This document shows positions 1 to 10,953 of a stretch of DNA of 34,630 nucleotides, in pieces. Positions within the stretch are counted from its first letter, which is position 1; the number at the start of each line of letters is the position of its first letter. The position numbers and the translations under genes were made by a program. The notes below the pieces were generated by a model that made no database searches, was not told where the DNA came from, and saw nothing but the letters and a program-made list of their open reading frames with translations. This DNA is from Rozella allomycis CSF55 (Eukaryota): NCBI GenBank assembly GCA_000442015.1, contig KE560887.1:1-34630 (forward strand), read 5' to 3'.

Positions 1-149
1 GCAAAGTATCCTTCCTTTTTCATGAATCCAGAGGTAATGAAAGTTATCTATGAATAATTTAGATCAAATGGCATGAAGGCGCTTCTGCTGGAAAAGATAT
101 TCAAGCTGAACATGATTTGCATTTAGCAGAACATTATTTCAAAAATTAG
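1..149 (+). CDS. 3' end of an unidentified spliced gene (partial)
   Basis: Frame AKYPSFFMNPE, GT-AG intron 34-62, then IKWHEGASAGKDIQAEHDLHLAEHYFKN and TAG. Family not recognised. Confidence 0.55.
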
Positions 150-286
150 TGCGAAAAATAAACTCAAATAATGATCAAATTATAAATTATTTCACGTGCA
201 GTTAGATTATTATCCTAAAAGCAAATTTACAAATAATTCCAATCTTTATTATACAAACATCAGATGAACCATCATATTGAAACCTC

Positions 287-654
287 TTAAATTGATGATA
301 ACCCTTCAGTTCCCCAAATTATTAAAACAGCACCAATGCAAATTGGCCACAAGGCACAAATAATGTAAACAAGATATTTTCTGTCAGTACATGATAAAGC
401 TCCCATTTCACTTCTCTTCTTCTTCGTCTTGCTGATATTTATGTAACATTTTGAGTTTTGACGTCCTTCACCAGAAAACCATAAATGTTACTTCATATAT
501 TGGATGTTCTGAGTTCGTAGACCAAATTTGGGAGGAAACGGAAGCAAAAAGTAATTACACACACACCCTGGTTTACGATGTAATCATGTAAATCCCTAAA
601 AGTTAGTGTGTATTCGAAGTGAAAATGGTATTAACTCAACTTGGCAATAATCAT
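287..654 (-). CDS. Putative small spliced protein with one C-terminal hydrophobic helix
   Basis: Joining three GT-AG introns (the first carries ACTAAC) gives MIIAKDLHDYIV...QQDEEEEKKYLVYIICALWPICIGAVLIIWGTEG. 3' end uncertain; no family recognised. Confidence 0.4.
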
Positions 655-757
655 TTCTGAAGTCCGGGTCGCAAACTCCCCACCCGAAAATTTATCTATT
701 AAGGGCCTGGTACACATCTAAAAACATCACTATTTTAAATCACTTCATAGCATGTAT

Positions 758-2619
758 TCATATATTAATCTCTTTTATTTCTAAATAATCAAAAGCATTA
801 GGCACCGCATCAAGAAGCAGCAATACTAAAGATCCATTTTCCTGTAACTTTGTTAATAAGTCGAGTTTATACTAATCGACCAAAAAGTAACAAAGTACCA
901 TTTCATGCTCAAACTGATAATGTAATATTGGCCAGTAAGATAACACAAGCTGCTCAAATATTGGACGAAGATTAACAATTTTCTTTCAAGAAAAAATATT
1001 AGTAAGTACTGTGCTCTTCATATTCTTAACTTTTTCATGCCATTTTTTGTTCAAATAGGTAAAAGTTAATTTGTCTTTTAAAAGCTTCGGGAAAAGAATG
1101 CATGAAGGATTTCTTATCACTCTCTTCACTTTACCATCCCCTAATAATTCTTTTCCGAGAACTTCTCTATACATCGATAAGAGAAACAAGTTCTGGACAT
1201 TAGTTATAAAATTAAAAGGCAAGGTACTTGAACACTTTTAGTAAAGTTGATTACTTGATTCGATTTCTAATCGCTGGAGATGTTGATACAATCTTTATCG
1301 ATAAATATGGTTGATCATCACTGAATGATAACAGGCTAGACCACCATTTTTCTTTTTCATATTTTAGAGGAATGAATGAATCCTCCAAAGCATTTCCCCC
1401 AAATAAGCGCACTCTATAAGTCTTTTGCTCTAACGGTCTCCCTTCTGGATCTAGTAATGGTAACAAACCCCAAGCGCAACAAAACTCTAAAATACTTCGG
1501 CAATTTTCATACCAGAAGTCGATGATTTTGATTTGAAAGGTTCAGTTACAATTGTTAACTCAAACAAAATGGACAACCCAACCCTTTTTGGTTCACCTCT
1601 TACAATAATAATATTTTTCTTTTCGTGCTTCCCAAAAACTTCAAGTCCCTGTTGAGAATGTCTTGGATTTGTTACATTGTTAAAGATCCACGGCGTCGTG
1701 TTGGAACCAGTTATGGAAAATGAATTTGATAGGATGGATTTGTCTTGTATTACCGCAATCCTCAAATTATGAGATATTGTTTTAGACAAAGTTAACGGAG
1801 TGGGTATGTTTTTTGCTTCAATTGGAATTAAAACCGCCTTTGACTCAATGTCGATGCCCATTAACTACATTACAGTATATCGCTTCATCAATACCTGGTC
1901 TCGTTCTTGATCAAAGAATAAATCTTGATATCCCAGGCCTGTGAAATGTAATTTTGGTAGTAAATTACATGAAGACTCTTAAATTGATCTCAATGATTCT
2001 TTACCGTCAATTTCGTGCTGCTGTATTAAAGAAGGAAAAGTTTTTAGCAACTCATTATTTCCTTTAACCTGAATAGGCTTTTGCATTATAAATGTTTCAC
2101 TAACACTTCTACCTCTTGGAATCGGTGATACTGCTGCAGGTGTTCTTGTTCTAAGAGAAGAAACACTTCTTTTCTTAGAAGAATGCTTGTTAACGTTATT
2201 GGAGCTTTTCAATTCTTGAGATAAGGGTTTGTTCTTTTGAAAGGAGAGATACGAATGTGGTATAAAACCATCCAATGTAGGGTCGCGGCAAGATTTAACT
2301 AGACACCAATTAGGATCGCTGTCATCAATTATTTCCACTTTTTCCCCTTGTGATACTTGAATCTCATCTTGTGATGCTGCAAAATAGTCGAACATGACGG
2401 TAGCTGTCCTTGGAAAATAGACATTAAAATCTGTAGTTTTCGGGGTTAAAAAGGGATTTTCAATCTCAGTTGTAACATGTTTTGACTTAGTAGGATTTGT
2501 AACAGCCTCTTTTTCGATTAAGGATTCTTCAATACTTGGTATCTCATCTAATGAATGTGCAGTACTATCATTTTCATCTTCCTTCTGTTTAAATATGTTA
2601 ATTGGCCTACCCCCTCCAT
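758..2619 (-). CDS. NPHP1: Nephrocystin-1-like ciliary transition-zone protein (SH3 + NPHP1 homology domain)
   Basis: SH3 (FDYFA..DEIQV..GE...PNWCLV...GFIPHSY) followed by ILFEL...CAWGLLPL.D..G.PL..KTY...L.GG, QPYLSIK, YREVLG..LL and FPKLL, collinear with the NPHP1 C-terminal domain. Multiple 26-30 nt introns; ATG at 2619, TGA at 758. Confidence 0.85.
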
Positions 2620-2880
2620 TGTTAATTCGATATTTGTTATTGTTTATCTTAATTTTTGAAGGAGTTAAACAATTTAATCAATAAAACCTTAACCTTGTGA
2701 TGTTTTCATAATTTGAGGTAAAGCGACCGCGAATGAATAAATTACAATTATTGGTTTAATTACAAAAATAGCATGAAACCTTAAAGAGCCGAAATTAGAA
2801 TGTAACATATTTCATTGGCCGAGAGACACGCTTGTCCCACCAGATAAATAGAAGGCGATTTTTGTAGATTCACAAAATCA

Positions 2881-3152
2881 GTACATGAAATGCAAAAATA
2901 ATTGCAGGTGAAGACAAATAAGTTACGCCGAAAGTCGATAATAACTAGGAAATGCTTTTTGAAGGTTTCTAAATATGCTCTAGTTACATTAGATTTTCAA
3001 AGAGGGGATGGAAGAAAAAGAAAGAGAAATTTATTTAAAACGAATGCCTGGTAAGAGATTTTAGTTTTCTTAATGTATTTGTCAGTGATATGGTTTGGGC
3101 AGAGGCCCCAAAAGCCTCGAGAAGACTATCACAAAATTGCGAAACATGATTA
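2881..3152 (+). CDS. Possible small spliced ORF, 5' end unresolved
   Basis: Tiny-intron-like GT-AG segments at 2881-2907, 2965-2992 and 3051-3085 join into VKTNKLRRKSIITRKCFLK-IFKEGMEEKEREIYLKRMP-VIWFGQRPQKPREDYHKIAKHD*. No clean upstream start found. Confidence 0.3.
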
Positions 3153-3290
3153 AAAAATTATTGGACAAGAGGTTCAATTAGGAAAACTTTTACATAAACA
3201 ACAGTATGACATGAAATTTCTATTGATGTAGCTTAATATTAAGAATACAAACATGAAAATTAATAATAGAATACTAGAAAAATAAAAAAG

Positions 3291-4454
3291 TTAACATTTA
3301 CTGCAGTTTAAACTCTGTATTACACCAAACTTACCCTTTGTGCGCCAATTAGAATCGTCAACATGCACCATGCTTTTTAATCCGACTAATGTGTCTGATT
3401 TGCAGACTCTCACCAAGAGAGAAGGAATGTCAAACTTTGTTACATTTACCCAGCCTGTTATTTCAGAAACTTTGGAGTCATTTGTCATTTTTCTGTAGTT
3501 GAGATCGCCTTTGAATATAACTCCTCCATCGCTTTTCATTTCTTCATGAAGACTTGAATCGAATGATTGCAATTCCTCGAACGGAAGATACGTGGTAAAG
3601 AACTTTTCTGCGCGAAAGACGAATTTTGAACATTCAACGAATTCCCTCCACCGACGTCCCAATGATTGAAAGGCAGGTATATTTTCAAATTCTGGTTGAG
3701 ATAAAAGTTCCAAGAACTTTTGAAAATCAATTTTGGTTACATCGGAAACAAACCATGGAACGGCTTTGCCGTGAAACACTACGACCTTTACCAAATTATG
3801 ATCCAATAGAAAAGTGGCCAAACAAAGATCAATAAAAAGTTCTAATCCAAAATTATCCAATACAATGTGGATCTTTTCGCATGGGAATACTTTTTCAATA
3901 AAATCTTGAGAATCATCTGCGAGTATGTGTGCATTACAAGGAGCTGCTGATTTTTGTCCCGCCAAAAGGCTTAAATCTAATGTGTTTCCCCATAAGCAAT
4001 CTTTCAACAAGTTGTTCAAATCATTTTTCGATTTGTACTTTGAGAATATTTCAGCGTAATCGATCATTAGTTGTATGTTGTTTTTCAAGGTTTCATTCTT
4101 GCGGTATTCAAAGATATCTAATTCAATTGTATTGGACTTGGATATTATCTGAAACATTTGTCTGTAAATATAGCATTCAGCAAATAACCAACGGCAATCA
4201 AAAAAGGTGGGTTGTGACTTTTCTATTTCAGTATTCCAAGTATTCTCATCACCAAATCCAAGATCTTCAAATTTTTCAATTATTTTATTCTTCACTAGCC
4301 TGTTTTTCAAAGCGATGAATTCCTCTATAACAGTTTTTTGTGCATTGAAATGTTGGCTGAGATCATTGATAACATTTGTTAAAATAATAGGAATTCTTCT
4401 CGCGAGTGTATCATAAGCAAATGTATTCTTATCGTTGCAAGTCCAGTATTCCAT
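3291..4454 (-). CDS. ARMT1: ARMT1/DUF89 damage-control metal-dependent phosphatase
   Basis: Uninterrupted 387 aa ORF with WLFAECYIYR, LWGNxxDLSL, VLDNxGxELFxD, HGKAVPWFVSD, FKGDLNYRK and CKSD motifs. Confidence 0.9.
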   Translation of the reverse strand: MEYWTCNDKNTFAYDTLARRIPIILTNVINDLSQHFNAQKTVIEEFIALKNRLVKNKIIEKFEDLGFGDENTWNTEIEKSQPTFFDCRWLFAECYIYRQMFQIISKSNTIELDIFEYRKNETLKNNIQLMIDYAEIFSKYKSKNDLNNLLKDCLWGNTLDLSLLAGQKSAAPCNAHILADDSQDFIEKVFPCEKIHIVLDNFGLELFIDLCLATFLLDHNLVKVVVFHGKAVPWFVSDVTKIDFQKFLELLSQPEFENIPAFQSLGRRWREFVECSKFVFRAEKFFTTYLPFEELQSFDSSLHEEMKSDGGVIFKGDLNYRKMTNDSKVSEITGWVNVTKFDIPSLLVRVCKSDTLVGLKSMVHVDDSNWRTKGKFGVIQSLNCSKC

Positions 4455-4477
4455 GGCGCAATTATGAAATTACGGAA

Positions 4478-6370
4478 ATGGATGTACAAAAGGCATTTCA
4501 ATTCTACATTAATAAGATATTGAATGATATTCACGGCATGAAAATACTGCTATTAGATGCAGAAACAGTAATAACAAGTAGATTAATATTGTCAGACGGG
4601 AATGTTATCATTGGTGTATACACAAAGTCAGCTTTTAGAAAAAGAAGTATATTTGGTCGATAGAATAGATTACCATGACCGGAGGGACAATATGAAACAC
4701 TTGAACTGTATTTGCCTTGTGAGACCAACTATTGAATCACTTCAGGCGCTTGAATTGGAAATTCGCAATCCGCATTATGGAGCGTATCATATATGTAAGT
4801 TTTAAAAGTATTTGAAACAGTTTTTACAAATATAATTAAAAAAAGTTCTATTGAAAAGTTGGCAGAGGTGGATGAGCAAGAAGTTGTTAAAGAGGTTCAA
4901 GTAAATAATGGAGTTGGTAAGAATAGGAATATTATGCAGACTTTTATGCTGTTAATAATGATTTATTTTCATTGAATATTAATAGATGTATTGGGAATGA
5001 TCCTAACCTCTGGGATGGCAATGCATTTCAAAGGTCAGTTGATGGATTACTAGCGTTATTGTTATCATTGAAAAAGAAACCTACTATAAGATATGAAAAG
5101 TCATCTACGCTGGCAATGAGGCTAGCACAAGAGATAAAGGTACTATTTGATTTTGAATGCAAAAGTTTCAAATGGACAAGGAGCAATTGATGTTTGATTT
5201 TAGAAAGAGTGATGTGTCGCCATTGTTAATTATATTGGACAGAAGAAATGATCCAATTACGCCACTGTTGACTCCCTGGACCTACCAAGCCATGGTTCAT
5301 GAATTGATTGGAATAAATAATGGCAGAGTAGATATGACGAGTGTGCCAAATATTAAAGCAGAAATGAAAGAAATAGTATTGAATGGTGAAATTGATTCAT
5401 TTTATAAGAAAAATATGTTCCTTAATCTAGGAGACCTAGGAGCAAACATTAAAGAGTACGTTTTAGAATATCAAACCAAAACAAAATCATCTAAAGAGAT
5501 TGAATCGCTTTCTGACATGAAGAAATTTATAGAAGAATATCCTGAATTCAGAAAGCTCTCAGGAAATGTTTCAAAGCACGTTACGCTTGTTTCATATTTG
5601 TCATCAATTGTTGAAGAAAGAGATTTGCTTCATTTAAGTGAGATTGAACAGAGCATTGCTTGCACAGACAATAGATTAAATGACTTTAAAGTAAGCAATA
5701 TAGATTTTAATTAAAGAATATTTGTTCTGCCATTGAAAATGAGAAAATAAAAGATGATAATAAAGTAAAATAATTTCAAGCGAAATATAAAGGTTAGGCT
5801 GGTTATGATCTACGCTCTTAGATATGAAAAAGTACCAAACAATCAATTAAACATCTTAATTGAAAATTTGCAAAAACGAAACATTCCTGAAAGGAAAATC
5901 AACGTGAATAAAACATTTGTTAATAAATTAGTGGATTAAAGGAGTTTTGGATTACGCAACATCAGAAGTTCGCCACACAGAATTGTTTTCATTAGACAAC
6001 ATCATCAACAAGGGAAGAAGCGCTTTGAAGGGACTGCAGGGAGTAGAAAATATTTACACTCAGCATAATCCAAACTTGTCTCAAACTTTAGAATTGTTAA
6101 TAAAATCGAAACTGAAAGAGAATCTTTACCCTTACGTTGAAAACTCTCAACAATTAAAAGAAAGGTATCCAATTTGTTTTACTATAATGTAGACCACAAG
6201 ACATTGTAATTTATTTCGTTAATGGCTGCACATTCGAGGAAGCCAAAATTGTTTCAAATTTCAATCAACAAATGCCCGGAATCAGACTAATTCTAGGTGG
6301 TTCAACAATTCATAACACGAAATCATTCATTAAAGACATTGAAGACTCTTTAAACAGTGAAATGCTTTAA
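4478..6370 (+). CDS. VPS45: Sec1/Munc18-family vacuolar sorting protein Vps45
   Basis: GMKILLLDxET, MKHLNCICLVRPT, LLIILDRRNDPITPLLTPWTYQAMVHELIGI, GVENIYTQH and LGGSTIHN. Eight introns: 4568-4595, 4795-4820, 4901-4926, 5140-5165, 5691-5716, 5765-5792, 5904-5931, 6165-6192. Confidence 0.95.
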
Positions 6371-6706
6371 TAAATTTGAGTGTTATTCTCAAAGATATAA
6401 AATCATTTGATACTGAAATTACCCCCTAAGGATATTATTGTAGATAACATTCATCGATCATATTGATACTGGTGTGCTTAGATGGTTCCCAACAGCATCA
6501 ATAAGATTGATCAGAGATACTACATATTCTCATTTAACGCAAATAAGGGTTACACAACCAATATATTAAAAGGAATATATTTGCATCATGAAGAAAAAAA
6601 CTCTCAAAAAAATAACCTTGGGAGCAGCACGATATCCAAGCTGCTCCCGTCATTATAAGCAAAAGCCTACTAGGGAAAAACAGCTAAAGAAAAGTGCTTT
6701 TATGAA

Positions 6707-7238
<532 letters not shown>

Positions 7239-7255
7239 TAAATTCATTGTAATAT

Positions 7256-8162
7256 TTATTTATTGTGTTCCACTTGTTGATCCAACAACCCTTTTCTTTT
7301 TTCTTTCAGCTTCAGCTTCCTTTTCCTTTTCGATTTCCTGAACAAATGAATCGAGTTCTTCCTCTGATAAGGTCTATGCATACAAAATATTTTCAATTAT
7401 TACCTGAACTTTAGAATCCTTGTCCATTACGACAAGCTCAAGATTTTTGGCACTTGTTTGGACCACCTATTTCAAAGGCGCCATTTTTGTTACCTCAAGA
7501 AGTGATTTTACTGCTAATTTAATGGTCTCATATCTTGATAAACCCTCCTTGTAATTCTTTTCAAGAAATTCTTTGACTGTTTTAGAACTTCTACCGACGA
7601 CATTGGCCTTCCATTCAGAATAGATACCTGAAGGATCAGTTGTATACAATCTGGGCTTCTTATCTAAATCCATCCCCATAATCAATAAAGATATTCCAAA
7701 AGGTCTAACTCCTCCTCTTTGAGTGTATTTCTAATATTTAATTTCTGTTCTAATCGTACCTGTTGAATTCCTGCAATATATCTTGTGATGTAATCTACGG
7801 TTACAGGATCTTCAACAGTCAAGCGATGACTTTGGCATTCAACTCTAGCTCGATCAATTAAAACGCGTGCATCAGCATTCAATCCTTTGAATCCTCATAA
7901 TAAAGATTACCTGCAAACGCTACACAAATATGCTCATCCAACATACATATTTTTTTAATCGTACGGGCTTCTTGTAGTTGACCGACAGACTTCTTTTCCA
8001 CCCCTAAAACTACTACATCTTCTCCTCGAACTCCAACCTTTGGTATAATTACATTTCTTAAATTACTGCAGTGGTTCCTTTATTTACAGCTTCTAAAGCA
8101 TATTCAACTTGAAATAAATGTCCGTCTGGTGAAAAGACTGTTAAGGCACTATCGTAGCTCAT
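7256..8162 (-). CDS. PRE6: 20S proteasome subunit alpha4 (PSMA7)
   Basis: [65 protein letters not shown]; five tiny introns. Confidence 0.96.
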
Positions 8163-8252
8163 TGGTACCAGGGTTCTGAGAGGAATAGTCAAAAATAAAA
8201 CGACACTATTTAATTTGTATGTCAAAACTGAATCCTTTATTAGAAATAAAAT

Positions 8253-9448
8253 TTATGATGCCTTCAGAAACACAGTCTAGTTAATGCTACATAAATCTAG
8301 TACCCCAGTGGTGCAATAAGGACATTGTCCTACCAATGTATCAAATGTTTGCTTCGTGCTTGTCATACTAATTAGCCACTTTTAAAATAAAATGAATCCC
8401 TTTACTCCTCGTAAGCAATCAGTGTGACATCGTTGACTGCAATTTTCATTATTACAACTGCTCAATGCTGATTCTCCTAAACTGTTCTTGGACTGATAGC
8501 AAATGCAACATTCAAATACTGCTTCTTTCAAATCTCTCAAATTTATTCCAAGAATTTGATATATGTTATCGCTTATTGAGACTTCTTGTCTCCTTTGGAA
8601 GAATTTTATCGAGTTTTACCACTTTAGCACATTTTGATTTAATTTCTTTCTTAATTCCTTAACTCGACGCCCGGCACCAGAAAATGCAATTTTGGGAATC
8701 CCATTGACATTCAGTGGATTTAATTCTATCTGAAGAACTATATTTTTTTCAAGAATAAATTCCAAAGTATTTGACGCATTATGATTTTCTAATCCCAATT
8801 CCTTTCTTATCTTGTTAATGGCTTCACATAGAGGCTTTATGCTTTCTGTTTTATACAAAAATTGCTCGATAATATCTTTCAGTGAAGAAGAATTTTTCAA
8901 ATCCAAATTTAATGGGGATTTGATGTCGAAATCTAAAATTTTTAATTCGTTTCTCGCAACTTTCACGTCTAACTCAAACTCATGCGATCCAAAACTAAAA
9001 ATAGTTTTGTTCTATTCCTTACTTTTTTAATATTCTGATGATGTTATGTTGTTTGTTTTCGATTATTGTAGAATTTAGACCTGGGAATGCCTTTGTCATA
9101 AATTCCAACAATGATATCTCTTCCACGTCACTTCTCTTGTCTGTTGAGGTTGGGGGACTTGGTTGTTCATTAAGCATTAAACGACGGCATAAATTTAAAA
9201 GCCCTTTTTCTAGATCGTCATTTTTCTTCAAAATCTTCATAATGAAAGCAATTGATGTATACTTTGATTATTTCGTTGGCAGAAAGTTCTACAGGGGGAT
9301 CAAAAGTGACATTTAAGCCTGTATTTTCAGCTTGCACGATATGAAAATTATTCTAGTGTATAAAAATTAAGTATAATACTTGAAACTGTATGTACCCAGC
9401 AAATTTAGATCTTTTCCAATTTAAAGGGCAAAGATAAACCTGTGTCAT
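8253..9448 (-). CDS. FANCL: Fanconi anaemia E3 ubiquitin ligase FANCL (ELF-DRWD-RING)
   Basis: Spliced product starts MTQVYLCPLNWKRSKFAGYI, has SSLKDIIEQF...ESIK and KLNQNVLKW, and ends in a FANCL-type RING ECCICY..CNNENCSQRCHTDCL.GWL...KQTFDTLVGQCPYC. Confidence 0.85.
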
Positions 9449-9469
9449 TCTTGAAGGAAATTTCTTAAA

Positions 9470-9476
9470 ACCCTGG
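9470..9476. promoter_or_regulatory. ACCCTGG start-proximal motif in the FANCL/SCD6 divergent spacer
   Basis: The same heptamer occurs within about 20 nt of the ATG of RPS31 (7176), PRE6 (8168, reverse) and PMT2 (10939), with variants at KRR1 and SFT2. Confidence 0.55.
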
Positions 9477-9490
9477 CTAGTTCGTTTTCG

Positions 9491-10806
9491 ATGAGTGGAG
9501 TTCCTTACATAGGCTCAACTATTATGCTTATATCCAAAGCGGATATTCGTTATGAAGGTACTTTATCAAGTATTGATACGGAGCAAAGTTCTGTTACTTT
9601 AGAAAATGGTAAGTATAATTCATGTTGTCTTTTTTCGTATGACTTGTATTTGAAAATATTCTTTGCAACTGAATCTAATTTCTAGTTCGATCATATGGTA
9701 CTGAAGGAAGGACTGGAGGTGTGAAAGAAGTTCCACCTTCGGACCAAGTGTACGAATGCATCATTTTTCGAAGCACTGAAATCAAAGATTTACATGTATC
9801 TGATTATCCTCAACAACAAGTGAATCAACCAAATATGCCTGAAAACATGTTTGCCAATAATGGAATGCAGTCAATGAGACCACCTGGCTTTGGTTACCCT
9901 CAAATGGGCTATGGAGTTAATCCAGCGATGAATCCTTATTACATGCAATACCAACAACAATATTGGCAGCATATGCAACAGCATGGGGCCATGATGAACG
10001 CTGGAATGTTTGATCAAGATGAAAAGCAGCCTGCTTTTGGACAGTTTGGACAAAATGCATTTTCCAATCCATCTTATGCACCTTACCCTGCATTTGGATA
10101 TCCTCCACAACACTTTGGCTCATTCGCTCCCCCATCGTTTCAGCCTCCAAAGCAGCCAGTGCAAGAAGAGAAGAAACAGCCGTCAATTCCTGTCAAAGAA
10201 ACCGTTGCTGAAGAGGTTAAGAAAGAAAGAAAACCTTCACCTGAAAGGGAAAAGAAAGAAGAGCCAAAACAACCTTCAGTTCCAATCAAGCGCGAAGTCA
10301 AGCAGGAAGTCAAAGTTGAAGCTAAAAATGAAAGAAATGAAATTGGTAATTTTTATTTTGAAGCGAAAATAGAAAAAGAAAAACCGGAATCTTCAAATCG
10401 TAGATTTAGTGGAAGTCGAGGTGGATATGTAAGGCGAGGTGGCAGAGGTGGTCATCGCGGAGGTCGCCATGGTGGAATTACTGTTCCTGAAACTGAATTC
10501 AATTTTGAGGAATCCAATGCAAAGTTTAACAAGGAAGATTTGCCAAAAGAAGAATCTTTAGTTTCCAAAGGTTACGACAAGAGCACTTCATTCTTTGATA
10601 ACATTTCATGTGAATCAAGGGAAAGAGAGCTTGCCGCTGCTTCTCTTGACCGCAAGGCAAAATTACAAGAAGATCGTAGACTGAACATAGAAACATTCGG
10701 AAAAGCAGGAACTTTTGATAACAACCGAAGAGGTAGAGGCAGAGGAAGGGGTCGTGGAAGAGGCCATCGTGGTCGAGGTTCATACCATCGCTCTAACGAG
10801 AATTAA
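9491..10806 (+). CDS. SCD6: Scd6/LSM14 translational repressor and P-body protein
   Basis: N-terminal LSm domain [18 protein letters not shown]-like [16 protein letters not shown] box (SFFDNISC), TFG box and RGG repeats. 77 nt intron at 9609-9685. Confidence 0.95.
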
Positions 10807-10953
10807 TTGTACCATTTTGTTATCCTTAATAAATGTTTCTTTGTTAGTTAATTAATTCTTAGTTATTAATTGTTAGATAATTTAATTTTAATGCTGAGAC
10901 CACTTTTTCATCTTTGACTTTTCATATTAGTTGTTCATACCCTGGACCTGGAC

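Noticed and set aside
6480..6585. U2 snRNA or snR30/U17 assignment for the structured spacer
   Set aside because: Only short motifs match. The U2 5' end and a well-placed Sm site are missing, and the flanks of the m1/m2-like motifs do not pair.
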